Positions 59,652 through 64,000 of a DNA stretch of 64,000 nt are shown in pieces; position 1 is the stretch's first letter, and each line of letters starts with the position of its first letter. The DNA comes from Anaerolineae bacterium (GTDB taxonomy: Bacteria; Chloroflexota; Anaerolineae; Epilineales; JAHCIE01), in assembly GCA_039810085.1 (NCBI GenBank), contig JBDHWG010000024.1:5689-69688 (forward strand), given 5' to 3'. Below the pieces are notes generated by a model. That model saw only the letters and a program-made list of their open reading frames with translations, had not been told where the DNA came from and made no database searches. The position numbers and the translations under genes are program-made.

Positions 59652-59906
59652 TCAGGCGGCCGCCATTTCTTTCTTGGCGGCCCCTCGGTGGACGGCTTCA
59701 CGATAGACGGTGATCGCTACGTCCGGGCAGATGGCCGAGCATAGCAAACAGCCTGTGCATAGTCCCTCGGGGTCTACCAGCATCGCCGGTTGATACCCGC
59801 GAGACGTGAAATGCTCGGCCATCTTGATAAGGTTCTTCGGACACACCGTCGTACAAAGCTCGCAGCCCTTGCAGCGGCTCTCATCAATGAGGATCGTCCC
59901 TCGCAT
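59652..59906 (-). CDS. 4Fe-4S dicluster ferredoxin-like delta subunit
   Basis: two Cys clusters CKGCELCTTVCP and CTGCLLCSAICP. Confidence 0.8.
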   Translation of the reverse strand: MRGTILIDESRCKGCELCTTVCPKNLIKMAEHFTSRGYQPAMLVDPEGLCTGCLLCSAICPDVAITVYREAVHRGAAKKEMAAA

Positions 59907-60086
59907 CGCGACTCCTTTGGCGCGGATGACGCAGCGTTGCGCCGTTTATACGAGATACACGGATACCGGGTCGCTGTCTACACGCCTCCGCTCGTTTTTG
60001 ACGGGTCTCCCGCGAGAACCCGTGGACCGATTAATCCACCTACTATCATAAATCCAAATCCTGCGTCCGGTTGATAAGAAGTCTTC

Positions 60087-62747
60087 TTAGTGGGATAAGA
60101 AGTCTTCACCTTTGCCGTCGAGGTTCAGGGCGTACGCAACCGCCTCTTCCTGGCTCATGGCGCGCCCCTTGCCCCAGGCAGTGGTAAAGGTCGTCTCATC
60201 GAGCGCAGCCTTGAGTTGGGGCATCGTCCGGTCGTACTGGTCCTGGGCGTCATAGGTGAGCGGCACGCCGACGACCTCGCGCAGCTCCTCGGCGGCAGCG
60301 AACAACTGCGCCGCGCGCTCAGGATCGCCCTGGAGCCAGGCCAGCTCGCCCAGGTTGAGCAGCAGGGTTGCTACCAGCGTCCTTCCGCCCAGCCGCTGGA
60401 AGATGCGCAAGGCATCGCGGAACAACCCAGCCGCTTCGGCATAGTCGCCGCGCTGACGCACTAGCTCGCCCAGGTTATTGTTGTAGATGCCGACGCTGTA
60501 GTCATCCTTGAGCGCCCGGAAGATGTCGCGCGCCTGGCTCCAGAAGTGCTGCGCGCCGTCCAGGTCACCCTGGAAGTACGCCTGGTCGCCCAGGTTGCCG
60601 TAGGCCAGACCGACCGTGTTCTGGTCGCCTAGCTCCTGGCCTATCGCCAGCGCCTCCTCGATGCACGCCCGCGCCTTCGGGAAGTTCTTGAGGCTGACGT
60701 TCACCGCGCCCAGATTGCTCAGCGATTGCGCCATGCCGCGCTTGTCGCCCAGTTCGCGCCGCAAGGCCACCGTCTGCTCAAAGAACGTCGCCGCCGTTGC
60801 GAGCTTGCCCAGGTTCCACGCCAAGCCACCGGCGCAGTGCAATGCCTGAGCATGCGCCGCCGAGTGATCGTCCGCGGACGTTCGAGCAAGAGCCGCCGTC
60901 ACCGCCTGCCAGCCCTCGGTCAGGTGGCCGCGCATCCACCAGAAGAGCAACAGCCATCCGGCCAGCGCCAATTCAAGCTCGACGGCGCTGTCAACGCCGT
61001 GGCTCCAGGCGAAGGCCACTCGGAAGTTGCCCTGTTCCATCTCCAGGCAATCCAGCCATTGAGCCTGGTCAGGGCCGGTCAGCAGCGGAGATGCCTGCTG
61101 CGCCAGCGCCAGATAGAAGCGAATGTGGCGCTCTGCTACCGTCGCCAGGTCGCCGCTCTCCACCAACTGCTCGTGGGCGTACTCGCGCAGAACCTCCAAC
61201 ATGGTGTAGCGCGGCTCGCTCTCTGAGGTCGGCGCGGCGCGCACGAGACTCTTGCCGACGAGGGACGCCAAGCCATCCAGAACGTCGATGCCTAAGTCGC
61301 CCTCCACATCGCACACGCTCTCAGCAGCCTCCAGAGAGAAGCCGCCGACGAACACGGACAGGCGGCGGAATAGCAGCTTCTCGCTCTCATCGAGCAGGTC
61401 GTAGCTCCACGCGATGGCGTTGCGCAGCGTCTGCTGGCGGGCGGGCAGGTCGCGCGGGCCGCCCGTGAGCAGCTTGAGCGGGTCCGACAGGCGCTGCAGC
61501 ATCGCCGCCGGCGTTAGCATGCGGATGCGGGCGGCGGCCAGCTCGATGGCGAGGGGCAGGCCGTCCAGGCGGTAGCAGATTTCGGCAACGGCTGGCGCGT
61601 TCTCGTTGGTGACGCTGAAGTCCGGCCGAATCGCCGTCGCGCGCTCGATGAACAGACGCACGGCCTCGTACTGGCTCAGGCGCTCCGGCGGCGGCAGGTT
61701 TGCCAGGTCCGGCAGCATCAGTGGCGGGACGGGGTACTCGTGCTCACCGCGGATTTCGAGGCACGCTCGGCTCGTCACCAATACCTTCAGCCGTGGCGAG
61801 TTGAGAAGCTCGGCCACGACGGGCGCGGCGTCAAGCACCTGCTCGAAGTTATCCAGAACGAGCAGCATCTGGCGGTCGTGGAGCGTCTGCTTCAAGGTTT
61901 CCAGGAGCGGCGCCGGGGGCTGCTCGCGGACGCCAAGCGCCTCGGCAATCGCCGAGGTGACGAGATCGGTGGCGAAGATGGGGGCCAGGTTGACGAAGAA
62001 TGCGCCGTCTTCAAACTGGTCGATGACATCGCCGGCGATTTGCAGCGCCAGGCGCGTCTTGCCCGCCCCGCCCGGCCCGGTTAGTGTCAGCATTGGTACG
62101 TCTGGGCGCAGGAGAAGGCCCCGCGCCGCCGCCAACTCCGTCTCGCGTCCAACGAGGGCGTCGCGCTGCGGCGGCAGGTTGTTGGGCAGCGTGTCGAGCG
62201 TCTTGAGCTGGGGAAACTCGGAGGGTAAATCGGCGGCCACCGCCTGGAAGACGCGCTCCGGGCGAGCCAGGTCCTTCAGCCGATGCTCACCCAGGTCGCG
62301 GATGCCGGCGCCATCCGGCAGCTCGTCGCGCACCAGCTCATAGGATGGCAGGGAGAGGAGGATTTGCCCACCGTAACCGGCGGAGAGGAGACGAGCCACG
62401 CGGTTGACGGGCTGGCCGAAGTAGTCGCCATCGCGCTCGATGGTCGCTCCCGTGTGGAGCGCCATGCGCACGCGGAGGGGGCCGGTGACGCCCCACGGCT
62501 CAGCCGCCAGCGCGCGCTGGGCGGCGAGCGCGGCGGCGAGAGCAGAGGCTGCCGTCGGGAACGCCGCGCAGAACGCATCGCCAACCGTCTTGAACACGTA
62601 CCCCTGGTGGGATTCGATGACGGCGCTGAGGATAGCGTCGTGTCGGCCGAGCGCGGCCTTCATCGGTTCGGGGTATCGCTCCCAGAGCTTGGTGCTGCCC
62701 TCGATGTCGGTGAATAGGAATGTGACCGTGCCGGTCGGAGGCGTCAT
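60087..62747 (-). CDS. multidomain signalling protein: class III adenylate/guanylate cyclase + AAA/NB-ARC-like ATPase + TPR repeats
   Basis: VTFLFTDIEGST cyclase start; Walker A GPGGAGKTRLAL; C-terminal TPR-like repeats; no C-terminal HTH. Confidence 0.8.
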   Translation of the reverse strand: MTPPTGTVTFLFTDIEGSTKLWERYPEPMKAALGRHDAILSAVIESHQGYVFKTVGDAFCAAFPTAASALAAALAAQRALAAEPWGVTGPLRVRMALHTGATIERDGDYFGQPVNRVARLLSAGYGGQILLSLPSYELVRDELPDGAGIRDLGEHRLKDLARPERVFQAVAADLPSEFPQLKTLDTLPNNLPPQRDALVGRETELAAARGLLLRPDVPMLTLTGPGGAGKTRLALQIAGDVIDQFEDGAFFVNLAPIFATDLVTSAIAEALGVREQPPAPLLETLKQTLHDRQMLLVLDNFEQVLDAAPVVAELLNSPRLKVLVTSRACLEIRGEHEYPVPPLMLPDLANLPPPERLSQYEAVRLFIERATAIRPDFSVTNENAPAVAEICYRLDGLPLAIELAAARIRMLTPAAMLQRLSDPLKLLTGGPRDLPARQQTLRNAIAWSYDLLDESEKLLFRRLSVFVGGFSLEAAESVCDVEGDLGIDVLDGLASLVGKSLVRAAPTSESEPRYTMLEVLREYAHEQLVESGDLATVAERHIRFYLALAQQASPLLTGPDQAQWLDCLEMEQGNFRVAFAWSHGVDSAVELELALAGWLLLFWWMRGHLTEGWQAVTAALARTSADDHSAAHAQALHCAGGLAWNLGKLATAATFFEQTVALRRELGDKRGMAQSLSNLGAVNVSLKNFPKARACIEEALAIGQELGDQNTVGLAYGNLGDQAYFQGDLDGAQHFWSQARDIFRALKDDYSVGIYNNNLGELVRQRGDYAEAAGLFRDALRIFQRLGGRTLVATLLLNLGELAWLQGDPERAAQLFAAAEELREVVGVPLTYDAQDQYDRTMPQLKAALDETTFTTAWGKGRAMSQEEAVAYALNLDGKGEDFLSH

Positions 62748-62836
62748 GTCTCTCCAGACTAGGGCGAGAGCACGACCCTCCCTCCGCGCTCGCCTGCGAT
62801 AATTATAGCACGAATCGGACTTTGAGACGGGAAAGG

Positions 62837-63208
62837 CTAGGCAGCGACGGACGGCAACGAGTGCAGCGAGGCGATAGGGATGATCTCGGTGGCCGATGGG
62901 GTGTAGGCTGACAGCGAGAGGAAGTCGCTGACGGGAGGAGTCTGGACGATGTCCAAGACGTGCGCCCGAAGTTCTGGCGAGAGGGTAGCAAGGCCAGTTA
63001 AAGGAAAACTGCGGGGGCCAAGTTCAGTTCGTTGGGCAAGCACCGAGTATTCAAAGAAAGAGAGGCCGACCGCCTGCCAGTCGTCCTTGTCAATGCGCAG
63101 CAGGATGTGATCGTTCAACTCTATGCCAGTCGCGGCCTTGTCCGGCACAAATGATACGTACAGTGTATCGCCCAATTCATCGTAGGTTATTGTTGGCATT
63201 GACATAGG
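62837..63208 (-). CDS. DUF2283-like protein (antitoxin-type partner) with C-terminal extension
   Basis: MPTITYDELGDTLYVSF matches DUF2283 N-terminal pattern (ITYDxExDxLYI); 1-nt gap after upstream small ORF. Confidence 0.45.
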   Translation of the reverse strand, partial: PMSMPTITYDELGDTLYVSFVPDKAATGIELNDHILLRIDKDDWQAVGLSFFEYSVLAQRTELGPRSFPLTGLATLSPELRAHVLDIVQTPPVSDFLSLSAYTPSATEIIPIASLHSLPSVAA

Positions 63209-63209
63209 T

Positions 63210-63542
63210 TCATCCGACTTCCTTCTGATAAGCGGTTGTAACATAGTTGTTAGGGACGAACAATTTTTCTGCGCTTTCAATGAAGCCGAAGAGGACGATA
63301 GCAACAATGTGGGTGTTACTTGGCACCAAATCGTCAAAGGCTTTGCTATATCGATATTTGCGAGGATTCAACGGGTCTTGCCTTCGGTCACCATAGCGCA
63401 GTACTTCCTTCAAGTACTCCTCATACTCAGCCATTTCAGGATGATTCGCGGGACTAACAATGTGTTCCCACCGTTCGTCGGTGAGGTAGATTTCGTGACC
63501 ATAGCGATCACGCACAGACCATCGGCGTCCCCAAGAGGCCAT
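63210..63542 (-). CDS. small protein, possibly DUF4258-like toxin-type partner
   Basis: 110 aa; IYLTDERWEHIV...HPEM loosely resembles DUF4258 HAxxRMxER pattern; paired with DUF2283-like gene. Confidence 0.35.
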   Translation of the reverse strand: MASWGRRWSVRDRYGHEIYLTDERWEHIVSPANHPEMAEYEEYLKEVLRYGDRRQDPLNPRKYRYSKAFDDLVPSNTHIVAIVLFGFIESAEKLFVPNNYVTTAYQKEVG

Positions 63543-63660
63543 ATCTGCTTTCCATGTTGGCGTAGTTGCCAGAAACCGTATCCCGCAAGATTCTACACTG
63601 CTTTCCCTGCTATAGCAACGCGACGCTAATGTCCATGAGAGAAGGGCTAAGGTTTGGTGC

Positions 63661-63885
63661 CTAAACAGCTAGGTCTAGTTGGGCGAGGTCACGCGCATAG
63701 TCAAGGCAGGCGGCAATATGATCGCAAGTCAAGTCAGGGAACTCTCGGATGATGCCGTCAAACGTCTCTCCGGCTGCCAGGTAGCCAAGGATTAGACTCA
63801 CAGCAATCCGAGTGCCTTTAATGCGCAGCTTGCCATGCAGAACGTCTGGTGTCGCTACGATATGCTCTCGCCAATCAACCGGCAT
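63661..63885 (-). CDS. DUF433 domain protein (antitoxin-like)
   Basis: GKLRIKGTRIAVSLILGYLAAGETFDGIIREFPDLTCDHIAACLDYA matches DUF433 consensus. Confidence 0.65.
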   Translation of the reverse strand: MPVDWREHIVATPDVLHGKLRIKGTRIAVSLILGYLAAGETFDGIIREFPDLTCDHIAACLDYARDLAQLDLAV

Positions 63886-64000
63886 CGCATGTCCTCCCTA
63901 ACGATGAACAGCCCTATCCCCTATCGTTGCCTCTGACCACGCCAGCGCCTCCGCCTCACGCGCCTCATCCTCGGCCATCGCACGGTAGCCCGCGTCCAGG

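Overview
High-GC (about 65-68%) bacterial chromosomal segment with roughly 55 protein-coding genes and no rRNA, tRNA or CRISPR detected. Probable lineage is Chloroflexota-like, inferred from Thr/Pro-rich linkers, DUF11/CARDB surface proteins, an Uma2 endonuclease, F420-dependent enzymes and abundant small palindromic repeats. About 25 kb (24075-49365) is one uninterrupted minus-strand gene array. Annotated genes include a xylAB operon, a four-subunit 2-oxoacid:ferredoxin oxidoreductase, citrate synthase, gamma-glutamyltransferase, and three small toxin-antitoxin-like pairs. The candidate for an undescribed system is a signalling cluster at 24075-29364: a Ras/Rab-like small GTPase lacking the catalytic Gln, a transmembrane Roadblock/LC7 (MglB-like) protein with an extracellular SH3 domain, a small coiled-coil protein, a PAS histidine kinase and two OmpR-type response regulators. 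A lipid/steroid-type beta-oxidation cluster (32750-40775) has a catalytic and a non-catalytic acyl-CoA dehydrogenase side by side. Several families of short inverted-repeat, MITE-like elements sit precisely at gene junctions. Gene starts were refined by hand using ATGA overlaps and SD motifs. Family assignments rest on motif recognition only and need HMM searches to confirm.
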